Of a stretch of DNA of 64,000 nt, positions 1 through 11,875 are shown piece by piece. Below the pieces are notes generated by a model, which made no database searches, was not told the origin of the DNA, and saw only the letters and a list, made by a program, of their open reading frames with translations. Each line of letters starts with the position of its first letter. Position 1 is the first letter of the stretch. Source of the stretch: Lingula anatina (lineage: Eukaryota > Animalia > Brachiopoda); the NCBI GenBank assembly GCA_051362555.1, contig CM120646.1, forward strand, positions 11,036,001 to 11,100,000. Direction: 5' to 3'. Made by a program: the position numbers and the translations under genes.

Positions 1-22
1 TCTCTCTCTCTTTTGTTACTAC

Positions 23-319
23 CTGGTCGCCATAAGGACTTGGGTCAGTGGCAGTCTGCATACACGCTGCACCGAAAGCGGTAGTCTGCTTAACCCCAGT
101 CCAGTTAGAGGGCGGCTGTGGTTTCATAAACCTCAGAGCTCCTACAGGTGGTTCAGCAAAAGGAATCCCTAAGAACAGATTCACAGACTGTCCCTCTACT
201 GTCGTCCCAAATCCTTGTATTACACCGTTTTTCGTGGTAACTTGAGGTTGGGCCGCCACGCCAGACATGACAGATAATGTCAGGAGTGCTTTGACAGTCC
301 CAACCAATGTTGACGCCAT
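23..319 (-). CDS. Type-B carboxylesterase/cholinesterase-like gene, first coding exon (gene continues off the left edge)
   Basis: Manual translation MASTLVGTVKALLTLSVMSGVAAQPQVTTKNGVIQG...[40 protein letters not shown]...GDQ gives a signal peptide and the FLGIPFAxPPxGxLRF motif. A GT donor follows at 22-21. Confidence 0.9.
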
Positions 320-1390
320 GCTGTTACGCTTCTTCAAACCTGCCAGCCAAACAACTCAACCTAGGAAGTGAATGATTAACCTGTCAGAGATTACACGGTA
401 AACCGCGCAGTGGCGACATGATTACTCATCTCCTCCTAGAAGCCTCGTCATCGACAGTCAGTCACGGCTATTTAGCAACAAGAATGTGCACGAGCCACGC
501 CCGGTTGTCGCAGTGGAGAAAATTGCTCAACAAACGCAATTCGACGTACCGTTAGAAGATTATATGACTGTGACTGAAAATCTCCCAAAGAAAATTGTCA
601 TTTTGTCCAAAATAGTATAATTTTAATGAGCTTTAGCTAAGTAACCCAGCAGAGTGATATTATATATGATGTATTATGAAACATTCTCTAAACATAAGCA
701 GTGAAATCTTTTGCAGCACTTGCTGTAAACTGTCAGATTCTCGTCAAATTATGACTCACAGATACATTGAATTTATGTAGTGTTTTGTTATAAATATTTC
801 CCAATAACATCACGTCAAGTTCGAAATCTTCACTACTTTATGCTAAATGACCGTGGGTATTAGGTCACGAAATACTACCTTTCAAAATATTTGTACACTT
901 GACAAGATCTCGCTACAGTAGTTTTTATATGGAATTTTTAGTGATCTTAGACCTTATCTATTCCAAAGAATATTCATCTGTTTTGTAGGGCTGAGTAAAT
1001 GGTCGCAAGCAGGTTTACGTAACGTTCTAATATTGAGGCCTTTCGCACGTTATATTGGGCCCATATGTGGCACTGTTGCTTAGTTACAGGGTATATGCAT
1101 GGGATACTTGTGATACCACAATTCAGCTACAATTTTTTTTTATCAAATTGTAAATCGATATGACGGGTTCACAAGTAACCACAATGGATTTATCTGTATA
1201 GCTATATTGAAAAAGATTCACAGCTTTGTCGTGTCAGACCGTTAATTCCTAGTGAAATAACAAAATCATAGGCAAGTCCTAAACAACTTCTGGCCTACAA
1301 GGCTGAGGGTGAAGTTTCCATATAATAATTACAGTGCCGCTCCTTCTACAGTATAAAACGGCATATACGAGCGTGACGCAAAAGGGATCT

Positions 1391-1470
1391 AACCCGGGTG
1401 AGGATCGAACTCACGACCTTCAGGTGACTCTGAATCATAGATTATGTGACTGACGCGCTGCCTACTGCGC
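1391..1470 (-). pseudogene. Elongator tRNA-Met(CAT)-derived pseudogene with a ~17-nt intron-like insert
   Basis: Minus strand reads GCGCAGTAGGCAGCGCGTCAGTCA-CAT-A[ATCTATGATTCAGAGTC]ACCTGAAGGTCGTGAGTTCGATCCTCACCCGGG. D arm and T arm match metazoan tRNA-Met(e). U33 is changed to A and the 5' acceptor strand is disrupted. Confidence 0.75.
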
Positions 1471-4261
1471 ATGCTCAGAGGTTCCAAGTTCCAAGTTCCA
1501 AGTTGAGCTTCCTGCCGACGGCGCATGCCCGAGGGTTCCAAGTTCCAAGTTGCGAAGGCGGACAGGGGGGAAAGGGATCAAAAAACAAGTTCTGCAAATA
1601 ATAAAAAAATTAACAAACATGTATGAGAATTCGGCCTTTCTCGACTAAGTTGTAAAGCAGTATAGCTTCCACAACAACAAAGTTATAATTCTGATCGTCT
1701 ATGTCTCTTTTCTTTTCTATTAAAGCAAGGAGTTATAACAGAAGGAGATTACACGCGTGGGGGCGGAGCCCGTATTACGGTCTCTCATTGGTCGGAATGA
1801 ATAGAACCCAGAGAACAATGGATGCCTATCTCTGTTACGCTTAATTGCTACTCTCGTTTAAATCTCGTTTGTTAGTATCTGTGCCTTCGTCTGTTGATTT
1901 TTGAGGACAGAAACAGAAACGGAGTCCCAAGTTTCTAAAAAATGAGAGAAATACAGAATTTATATGATATTACGTTGGACAAGGTTTTCAAAAAAACAGG
2001 TAAGTGCTTTTAAATGCATAACTACACGAAATATGAAGATAAATTGCAACTTTTATGTCGTAGGGTCTCACTTTGTAAGTGTCCAGCTACACGTTGATCT
2101 CGCGAGGTGGTGTGTGGAGAATAAATATTGCACGAAAAATATTTCCCACTCATAACAAGTGCCTATAAATATAGTATCAGATGAAGAAAGTTTGGTCTTT
2201 ATACAGTTGCAATTGTTAAGTTATTTGTGGCAATAGCAAAGAATAAAACTTAGGTGCACTTTCAGTAGCCGAATAACAAGCAGATGCTTAAGCCGCCATC
2301 TTGTTAATATTTCGAAAAAAAAAATTACTCCAAAAGACATTTTCCTCCTACTTTTTGAAACTTGTGTCACATGACAGTCATAAAATTTAACTAATTGTTA
2401 TGTGTGCAACACACTTGCTTGAGCAGTATTGTTTTTTTTTTGCGATTTTACATGTGGTCTAGCTTGGATACGACAATTGACAATTTTCTTGAGTTCCGAT
2501 CAAAAAGTGTTACGCTTGTTACGGCCAAAAGCCTTACCGCTTTTTGTACTTTTCAAATGCAAGATTATAAAAAAATTTGGTGTGTTTAGATTCTTGAACA
2601 TCTTGGTCGTGGCGTGGTATATATTGCATGGATACTGCTCCAATATTTCTTGAAAAAAAATAACCCGATTTGTTCAGAATACCAATTTTTTACTCTAGTG
2701 TTATGGGTAAATGTACCATTTTGGCCTTTACCTTTTTCATGTCTAAATCTAAAAAGACTTATCATGACAGTTGGTCATCATTTTTCTTCTCACCATGGTG
2801 GGTGGCTTTGGAGTGGTAACTTTGTTGTTAAAGTAAAGTGCTCAGTTTTTTTTACTGGAAAATTTTGCCTCCACCCAGCATTTTCCATCATGGCGGTCTA
2901 ACAGGAAGTTTGACTTCACAGTGTCTTTGGTATAGTTATTTTTAACTTATTTAGTCTTCTTTTTACATATATATGTTTTAATTCATATTAAACCTTTGAA
3001 AAAAGAACACACATGAATCCTGGTGCTTCTTAATTTAAAGTCTTAAGGTTTTAAGTTCACCTAGGCTCCACCAATTTCTTTACCTGTTATCTCACTACAC
3101 ATCTCTCTTTGAGTCGAGGTGTGTAAGACACACCTTATTGTGTAAGACACCTCTATAATTAAGGGGTACTTGCTTCTCTACTTAAATTATACTTCACTAC
3201 TTTGGCATGTTAGGTGGCAAGCTTGGATGTTTCAGTTCATTTTAAGAAAGAAGCTTTGCCTTGGTGGTTACAAAAGAATAGAACTCTATTAAGGTTTATT
3301 CATTACTTGAAATTAAATATTTCATCTTGTACTGTTGAAACAGAAATTCTCTCAAAATTGATAATGAATTTGACATGCATATCTTAACACTACTCAAGTT
3401 TTTTTTCTATTATAGATATGGGAGAAGGCTGCATTGAATATATGAATTATGGTCAGGCTGGAAAAAATTAAAATATGTCAATGAAAAAAGGAGGTCAGTG
3501 TGTCTGGGGTAAGTTACTTTTGTCATAATGCCTAAGATGCATTAAACATTCACTAACACAAGATCCTTTTTAATTTTTTTTTCAAAATACAACAACCTTG
3601 GGCATTTTCCTTTTAGCAACCAGCCTCTCTGAAATCCCCTTTTTGTCCTGTCAGAAGAGTAGGGACCAGGGCGGATTTAAATAATTTCTTGTAATAAGTA
3701 CAATTTCTTTCAATTTCTTGGGGTTATTAGCTTGTGATCATGAATCTTGATGTTCTATATGAATTTAGTTGTAAATTGTTCATTTATGTGGTGAACATTA
3801 TTTCAGTCAAGTCATAACAAGACACATTAAACTTGTTATAACCTGCATAATTCCATAATGTCTACATGGATACTAGTAGTTCATAATGCTATTATTATGT
3901 TTTTTTTTTCTAACCTACAGGTTTCTCTCTTTTCTGAGTGGCATGGCATTAGCAAGGCAGAAGAAAAGGCCCTGAAGAAATTCTCACTTGAGTTGTCCTT
4001 TTTGGAGAAGAAACTGGATAAGACTGGCCAACAGAGATTGCATTAAATTAATAGTGCTCCTTTATGACATTTTAAAATATTTTCAGTCACCTAACTGACT
4101 CTATACATTGCAAAAGTGGACATAAATTTTATGTTACTGTTACGTGGAAAAAAATTCAAAACCTATATATAAATTGTTGAGTGCCATGGTATAACAGTCT
4201 ACCTGATTGCCAGTGAAATTTCTGTTTCAGTGAAATTTCTTTAAAGCAGTCACTTACTGCT

Positions 4262-5169
4262 TACTTACCAGTTAATTTTTTCAGCTGTTACATTTTATAA
4301 ATGTTCTTACTAAGTGTTGTCTTGATCTATAATAACCTTTTGAAAATCCCATGTTTTTCATCCTATTTGTAAGAATTAACCACTTTATCTTCTAGGATTT
4401 TTTTTTCATTCGGCCCATTAGATTCTCAGACCTTGCTGGCCTGTAAGTGGAATAGTATCTGGCACAGACTGGTATCAGCAAGTAAGATAAAAAAGAATAT
4501 AATTATTTCTTTTTGCACGGTTGAAAAAAATGCCATCATAGACTGCATAAAACTGGAAAACTGTAGCAACTTAATCATTCTTATGACTTCATTTATTACT
4601 GCTTATGTGTAAAATTTTTGTTTTTGTTCTTCTATTGATATAATAAAATGGTTTTACTCACAGATGCTACTTTCATGAGTATAGAGTACAGAGTGCTTGA
4701 GTATAGAGTTGACTTAAAAGATATTTTAAGTTAATATAGTAAATAATAGTTTGAAATTCAATATTCTCATCTTTATTTGTTTCACTTTAAAGAGCTCAGT
4801 GAATACTAAAATTTCTGATATATTATGTACATAAATATATTTATGAATGAATAAAAATTATTCTTAATGTATAGCACTGTGCACTTGTTTACCGACAAAT
4901 ATGAACAGTGTTAGTACGTGTCAAATAATCCTGAAAAAAAGGGAAATTTCCAAGATAAAGAAATTTATAACGAGTATTCAGTAAACTGACGTGTCATGGC
5001 ATTGCCTCAACCTTGGACTAAAATTTTAATTAAATGCATTATAATATTAAAATTATACCGAGTGAGAGAAAAAATACTTTAAGAAATTTAAAACCAGACA
5101 CAAAGCGTAGGCACTGTCACAATGTATATGTTTATGGGACCCAAGGGCAGGAGGGTCCAAACGTTAATG
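4262..5169 (+). repeat. ~0.9-kb direct repeat, copy 1 (abuts the LINE 3' end)
   Basis: Near-identical to 10974-11875 (TACTTACCAGTTAATTTTTTCAGC...GGGTCCAAACGTTAATG), with a few substitutions and a 7-bp indel. Confidence 0.95.
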
Positions 5170-5323
5170 ATTATAGTTATGATAACACTAAATAGTACTT
5201 ATTGTTGTAAAGGAGAGCAACAGGGAAGGGCACTACAGGGAAAGGCACGGGCGATATATGCGGGAAGTGATATATTAGTTGATCAAGAGAAGGAGGGTCG
5301 GGAGGGTGAACTTATAAAAGCAA

Positions 5324-8300
5324 TTAAGCATTATCAATTAAAAACGTCGAGACAATATCGAATATTTTATCATTCTGTCCAGTTGTTAAAGTTTTGTGGC
5401 CGTGTAGAAACAAAGAAATCTTATCAAGCTGCGTTCTAAAATTTGTATTGTTAGCGCCCAGGACATTCTGAATAGACAAATGAAAATCACGATACTTCAA
5501 CTGCCTCCGTGGGCACTGGAAGAAAAAAATGGCGTATAGTCTCAGGTTTCCCACAAGAGCAGTTCGGAGAATTTACCGAGTCCCAGTTGTGGTTATATAA
5601 TTGGGATTTGAACAATAGATCTACACGCGCACGGTTTAGATATTTTTCATTCTTTCTTTCTAACTTTAGGGTGGTAGTAGATAACGAACCAGAAAATAGT
5701 TCGGATTTCAGAGAATGCTTGAATAACGCGATATTTGGGGTATACTTTCGTTCGAGACTGAGACTATTCCATGAAGACACGAGTAAGTATTCAGGACCCT
5801 GAAATGTAAACTTGGCTGGGATAATGTAATCTCTATACGAGGACTCTCTTGTTTGCGGGGTTATTAGATTTTTAAAAGACCGGAAATCTTTAATAATATA
5901 TGTAGGAGCCATATTGTGATGGATAGTGAACATAACCTTTTTTGCATGCATTATTCTACGGTTTTCCAAAGTAGCCCAGTTCAGCTCTCTAAGCACTTTG
6001 ATTGTGTTCGAACCGGGCAGAGCACCTAAAACAAGCAGACCAGCTTGATAGTGAATAGAAGAAAGTTTGGAAAGATTCCTTTTAGTTGCTGAGTGATATA
6101 GGATGTCGCAGTAATCAAGCAGAGACAGAACGTAAGCGTTATATAGTATATTCAAGTGCCTAGATCTGAGCCTGTGGGACAGGGACTTAAGAGGATTCAG
6201 GGCCTTTTGGGCCTTAGTAGTTAGATAACTTATATGCTCGGCACAAGACAGTTTTGAATCTAGTACGAATCCGAGATGTTTGTGGAATGATTTCCGGGGT
6301 ATCGTTAAATCACATAATATTAGATTTCTGTATTTATTCGCTGTAACCTTAGTAGAGAATATAACCTCACAACTCTTATCAGGTTTGAACTCCAGTTTCC
6401 ATCTGTTAGACCATTCCTCGAGCTTTGAGAGGTCGGATTGAAGTGCATCGTGCGACTGGCTGTTAGAAGGAATAGAAGATTGAAAAATAGACGTGTCGTC
6501 AGCATATAGAAAACAATCTGAAGAAAGGTTGTCTGCTAAATCATTTATATATAGAAGAAAAAGAAGAGGACCGAGAATGCTGCCTTGTGGAACACTAGTG
6601 TTGATGTAAGATTCGTTGGAAGATTCAGATAACGTGCCGTTGATACGGACTTTAACTTTTCTATCGCTCAAATAAGAGGATAATAGTGAGAGTAGGTTAC
6701 CTTTAATACCATAGGCTGACAGCTTGATTAGTAATAAACTATGCGGAACTTTATCAAAAGCGGCTGAAATATCAAGAAATATTCCTCTTACATCTCGGCC
6801 CTTTCTAAAGTTAGATCTAATCAAATTTTGAATTGCCAGTAATTGGTGTTCAGTGCTATGACCCTTAAGAAACCCGGATTGTTTTTCAAACAATAAATTA
6901 TTGTTAACGACATGATTAATCATCCTTTTATAAATAATTTTTTCCAAAAGTTTGGATAAGACGCTCAAAAGTGACACTGGTCTATAGTTATGTATGCAAC
7001 TTCTGTCACCTTTCTTATAAATCGGGCAAATAAACGCCATTTTCCACAGGTCAGGGTAGGTGTTAGATTGAATAATATAATTAAATAAAATACATAAGGG
7101 TTTCACAACAACATCTTTGCTTAGTTTTAACATTTTTATCGTCACCGAGTCCGGACCACTTGCCTTAGATGCATCCATATCATCGATTATTACTTTGATC
7201 TCAGTGTCATTAAAAACAATTTCTGACAAAATTGCATTTGTTTTATCAGGGAAGTTAACTAATGCTGTGGAAGTCACTACATCGGAATGGTACCTTTCTG
7301 AAAAATAATCTAGGAAAACTTTGGCCTTCTCTGAATCTGTAATCGCAATTTGGCCAGTCGAATGGTTTAAAAGGGTTGGAATTGACGTAGTGTATTTTGA
7401 ACCGATAAGGTTTTTAATAGTCGGCCAAAATAATTTACGACCATTGCCAGGTTTTTCATCAAGGCTTTCAATTAAACTGTTAAAGTAGGATTCCTTCGTA
7501 TCCCTTATAAGTTCCTTAACAAGCACAGACTGAGTATCATAACAGAGTATATTGCCCGGAGTAGGATTGGTTTTCATTTTAGCATAAAGTTTCTTTTTTT
7601 TATTTATTTCATGTTTTAGTCTATCAGAAAACCAAGGTTTATCATTCCTTTTAATAATTCTTACTTTTTGCGGAATATGCTTTTTAAAGATAAGGAGTAA
7701 TCTTTCAGTAAAATTTCTAGTCATTTCGTGTATATTATTTTGAGATTGAAAAAAGGTATCCCAATCAAAGCTTATAATATCATTGTTTAGACCATGAATA
7801 TTAGCTTGATCATATTTCCAGATTATTTTCTTATATGGCTTATATTTAAGCAGAAAAACATCAAATGAGGACACGAGAGTGCTATGATCGGTCGATCCAA
7901 TGGGAGCCTCAACTGACACATTTGTAACCAACCCTGGGATATCAGTAACTGTCAAGTCAATGCACGAGGATGAATCACCTTGTATTCTGGTTGGTTCTCT
8001 TACTAGCTGGTCCAGACCATGGGTTGAGAACAGATCATGTAGCAATTCACCTGCAACATCATCCCTTCCACCCAGGTACCAGTTCCGTGAGTGGGCGTTA
8101 AAGTCCCCGTTGATGATTATTCCGTCAGATCTGGATAATTTAGCTCTATAGAGACAATCAGATAATTGACTTATAAATTGGTTTCTTTCATTTGCAGTTT
8201 GGCTTGGAGATCTGTAAAAAATACCATACAGAAGCTTTTTATATTTAAGCTGTAATTCAATCCAAAGGCAATCCAACTCCGTGTTACACAAGTCCTCTCT

Positions 8301-9008
8301 TATTTTATATATCATGTCATTTCCCACATAAATTATAAAGCCACGTCCCTTTTCCGAGTATAAAGGATTATGATAGCCATCGATGTAATATTTACTAGTC
8401 AGATAATGCTCAGGAATTTTCCCCGCTTCACACAGACCGATTATATTAATTTCCAATTGTTTAGCGCGAATGGATAGAGCGTCAAACCTTAGCCCGTTTT
8501 CGGCCCCAAGGCTACGTATATTCGAAAAGAGTATTTTTAAGTCATTTTCAGGTTTATGCCTAGGCCCTGGGTTGGGATGTACGTCACCGGCGAGAAGAAG
8601 TTTGAATCCTGACAGACTTATATATTGAAATGTCGACGTCGTTTGGAAGAGAGTTAAATAAAATGCAAGTAGTTCAGCCGCAATAAGTATATAGGTTTTC
8701 ACATAATATGATTTAGCGAATAATTGCGATATGCAACAAAGTAACAGTAGTGAGGACAGATTGCCGCCAGCGACACACGCAAAGGAGAATGGAATAACCG
8801 GCCGATCTTTATGATCTTGGGTTACACTTATAGGATATACCAAGTAAAGGCACAAAGTTACAATGATAAAGAGGAAGATGAGAGCGGTTAACGGTTTCAT
8901 ATAAATTAAATAAGGGAACTTAAGGTGTGTTTCCCTTTTCTTAGCCATACCTTTGAGACAGCAGAAACAACCAACCGTCACCCTCCACTGCATCAAGCTA
9001 ATCCCCAT
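5324..9008 (-). CDS. LINE ORF2: hydrophobic leader, 2A-like motif, APE endonuclease, reverse transcriptase and C-terminal CCHC; one frameshift near 5525
   Basis: APE motifs NIRSL, GDFNAH, SCIDL and TDH. RT motifs NYRPVSLL, VPQGSILGPLLF and YADDT. CSCGKPETIRHFF continues as FQCP... in ORF 5324..5554 after a 1-nt slip in a homopolymer. Confidence 0.93.
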
Positions 9009-9844
9009 TTAGATGGTACACCTCCCACGATACATCCCCCCTGATCCCCATGCCAAGTCCCTCCTCCGGCTCCCCTTCACAACATATAAAACAGTTAAAG
9101 AACATGGTTATATAAATGGGAAAGAACAAAACAGAATAGATAATACTCTTGACAGGTCGTATAGTGTAGATTGAGATAGCACGGTGAAAAGAAAAGGCAA
9201 GGTTTGGGATGGCTTCGGAATTAAATACGGCTGTAAGTTTTCTACCAATCTCCATTAGTAAGGTCATTGATGTGCAAGGCTTGCATGTGCTTACTTATGT
9301 CATCTGGACCAGTTATTGATTACTATTTCGTCCATCATAAAACAGATAATGGTCATCAGAAGTTGATAACAGTAAGTCATCCATCTTAACAATCGTTTGG
9401 TGTCTCATCCATTATGAGCCAGGTATCGTGTAATTAAATTGACATTTTTCTAGTTACACACCAGCTTAAATATGCATTTATCCATTGATTAATAGAGACA
9501 TGACTCTAAAACCTACGTAAAATCAAACTAAAGCTCATCGAGGATAATCACCAATAAATGTTTGGTCAGTTACACCTCAGATTAAAATTTTGTATTTTCT
9601 GACTGGCTATATAGAGAGACAACTCCATAGTTACATTCTCCATGTGGTAACAAGATAACCGATCAGTCGTGTAGATGTTTACATGCTTGGCTAAAAAGAT
9701 GTGATATAGCTGACTAACTTGGCTGTTCTTTAGTGACAAATGGAAGCACACAAGCTTGACTAAGTAGTGATGTTGTATAGCTAGCTACGTTGACTGTTGT
9801 TCAGTGGCAAATTGAAAGCACACAAAAGACTGCACGACGGCTAC

Positions 9845-10816
9845 TCACACCACTTGCTTGCGTGGTTTACGAATTACGGGTGGTTTGGCAGGGGCATTTT
9901 CCATGTCGGTGATAATATTGTCAATGTCGTCAGTTACTTGGAAGACACGAATGACTCCGTTTTTGGTTTTCCCAAGAATTTTCCCTCTGTCTGACCAACA
10001 ATTAGAGATCGAACCGTGATCCGTCAGTCTTCTTAAAAGACCACGATTCATTGGGCTTAAATCTTCATAGACACGGATCCCGGTCCCTTTCAACAGAAAT
10101 CTATTTCCAATAAAGTCATCACGGACAGCTTTAGACTTCAGCCTAATTATAATTTGGCTTTGATCTGCCCTCTTATGTTGAGGTAGCCTATGCGCCGTTT
10201 CTATATCATCGCTGACAAGTTTTGGATGAATCGGTGTGTCAGATAAAGTTTTCACCAAGCTGGAGATGCAATGCTTCACATTGAAAGGCTCTTTTTTCTC
10301 CATTTCACTTAAGGGGACCCCGGAAAATCTTAGCTGTAAGCGTCTCGAATACTGAGAGTTCTGATTAGCAAGAAGTGTTACTTGATTTAGATCCTCTTTT
10401 ATTTTCAGATTTTCTGCTCGTAACAAGCTAAGTTCGTCCTGCAGCTCCGCATTAATTTCGGCAAGCTCAGATTTGATGGGAGCTATTTTAGATGTAATGG
10501 CCTCATTTATTGCCGCTCGAATTTTCACATCGACAGATTTCATTTTCTCATCCAAATGTTTCTCGAAATCAGTGAGCATGTCTTTCATACGTGATTCAAA
10601 CTGGCTTAGAAAGTTAAGAAGATTCGGGTCGGGATCATTAGAAAAGGCATCAGAAGACACAGTCCTATTTTCAGGCGTATTTGGCCTACCTCTTTTACCA
10701 GGAGGCTGTACGGGGCTTGACTGGTCGTCGTCATCATATATTCCTCCATCTTGGATGTCAATCCCAGTCCTCTCCCTGGTGCCCGTTAGGAAACTAGTAA
10801 TAGCAGACTGTGCCAT
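9845..10816 (-). CDS. LINE ORF1 (coiled coil plus L1-ORF1-type RRM/CTD)
   Basis: 323-aa ORF with a heptad coiled coil followed by QYSRRLQLRFSGVP, IETAHRL, IIIRL and IRVYEDLS, typical of this ORF1 class. It lies upstream of ORF2. Confidence 0.88.
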   Translation of the reverse strand: MAQSAITSFLTGTRERTGIDIQDGGIYDDDDQSSPVQPPGKRGRPNTPENRTVSSDAFSNDPDPNLLNFLSQFESRMKDMLTDFEKHLDEKMKSVDVKIRAAINEAITSKIAPIKSELAEINAELQDELSLLRAENLKIKEDLNQVTLLANQNSQYSRRLQLRFSGVPLSEMEKKEPFNVKHCISSLVKTLSDTPIHPKLVSDDIETAHRLPQHKRADQSQIIIRLKSKAVRDDFIGNRFLLKGTGIRVYEDLSPMNRGLLRRLTDHGSISNCWSDRGKILGKTKNGVIRVFQVTDDIDNIITDMENAPAKPPVIRKPRKQVV

Positions 10817-10973
10817 CTTTTGCTTACATCCACCTGCGTACAGACACTGCTAGGAGACTTTATAAGATATGTCGAGACCTCAAATTTCACTAAGCAGCAG
10901 CCAAACTAAAGAAAGACACTCTAACGTCCGAGCCTCCCTAATCTGTGACCATTACATCTCGTGACGTCACAAC

Positions 10974-11875
10974 TACTTACCAGTTAATTTTTTCAGCTGT
11001 TACATTTTATAAATGTTCTTACTAAGTGTTGTCGTGATCTATAATAACCTTTTGAAAATCCCATGTTTTTTATCCTATTTGTAAGAATTAACCACTTCAT
11101 CTTCTAGGATTTTTTCTTTCATTCGGCCCATTAGATTCTCAGACCTTGCTGGCCTGTAAGTGGAATAGTATCTGGCACAGACTTGTATCAGCAAGTCAGA
11201 TAAAAAAGAATATAATTATTTCTATTTGCACGGTTGAAAAAAATGCCATCATAGACTGCATAAAACTGGAAAACTGTAGCAACTTAATCATTCTTATGAC
11301 TTCATTTATTACTGCTTATGTGTAAAATTTTTGTTTTTGTTCTTCTATTGATATAATAAAATGGTTTTACTCACAGATGCTACTTTCATGAGTATAGAGC
11401 GCTTGAGTATAGAGTTGACTTTAAAGATATTTTAAGTTAATATAGTAAATAATAGTTTGAAATTCAATATTCTCATCTTTATTTGTTTCACTTTAAAGAG
11501 CTCAGTGAATACTAAAATTTCTGATATATTTTGTACATAAATATATTTATGAATGAATAAAAATTATTCTTAATGTATAGCACTGTGCACTTGTTTACCG
11601 ACAAATATGAACAGTGTTAGTACGTGTCAAATAATCCTGAAAAAAAGGGAAATTTCCAAGATAAAGAAATTTATAACGAGTATTCAGTAAACTGACGTGT
11701 CGTGGCATTGCCTCAACCTTGGATTAAAATTTTAATTAAATGCATTATAATATTAAAATTATACCGAGTGAGAGAAAAAATACTTTAAGAAATTTAAAAC
11801 CAGACACAAAGCGTAGGCACTGTCACAATGTATATGTTTATGGGACCCAAGGGCAGGAGGGTCCAAACGTTAATG
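10974..11875 (+). repeat. ~0.9-kb direct repeat, copy 2 (abuts the LINE 5' end)
   Basis: Matches 4262-5169. Confidence 0.95.

Larger units (their letters stand above)
5170..10973 (-). mobile_element. Full-length non-LTR retrotransposon, CR1/L2 group (APE-RT)
   Basis: ORF1, a spacer and an APE/RT ORF2 lie on the minus strand. The boundaries are set by the flanking 0.9-kb repeats. Confidence 0.92.

Noticed and set aside
1481-1551. (GTTCCAA)n short repeats beside the tRNA-Met relic
   Set aside because: Only a few copies within a small local duplication, and no function can be supported.
5509-10853. Plus-strand ORFs within the LINE, and similar antisense ORFs at 22019, 35074 and 55315
   Set aside because: They are shadows of real coding sequence on the opposite strand.
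4262-11875. Reading the 0.9-kb repeats as LTRs of an LTR retrotransposon
   Set aside because: The interior is an APE-RT LINE with no gag, protease or integrase, and the repeats lack TG...CA ends and their own TSD.
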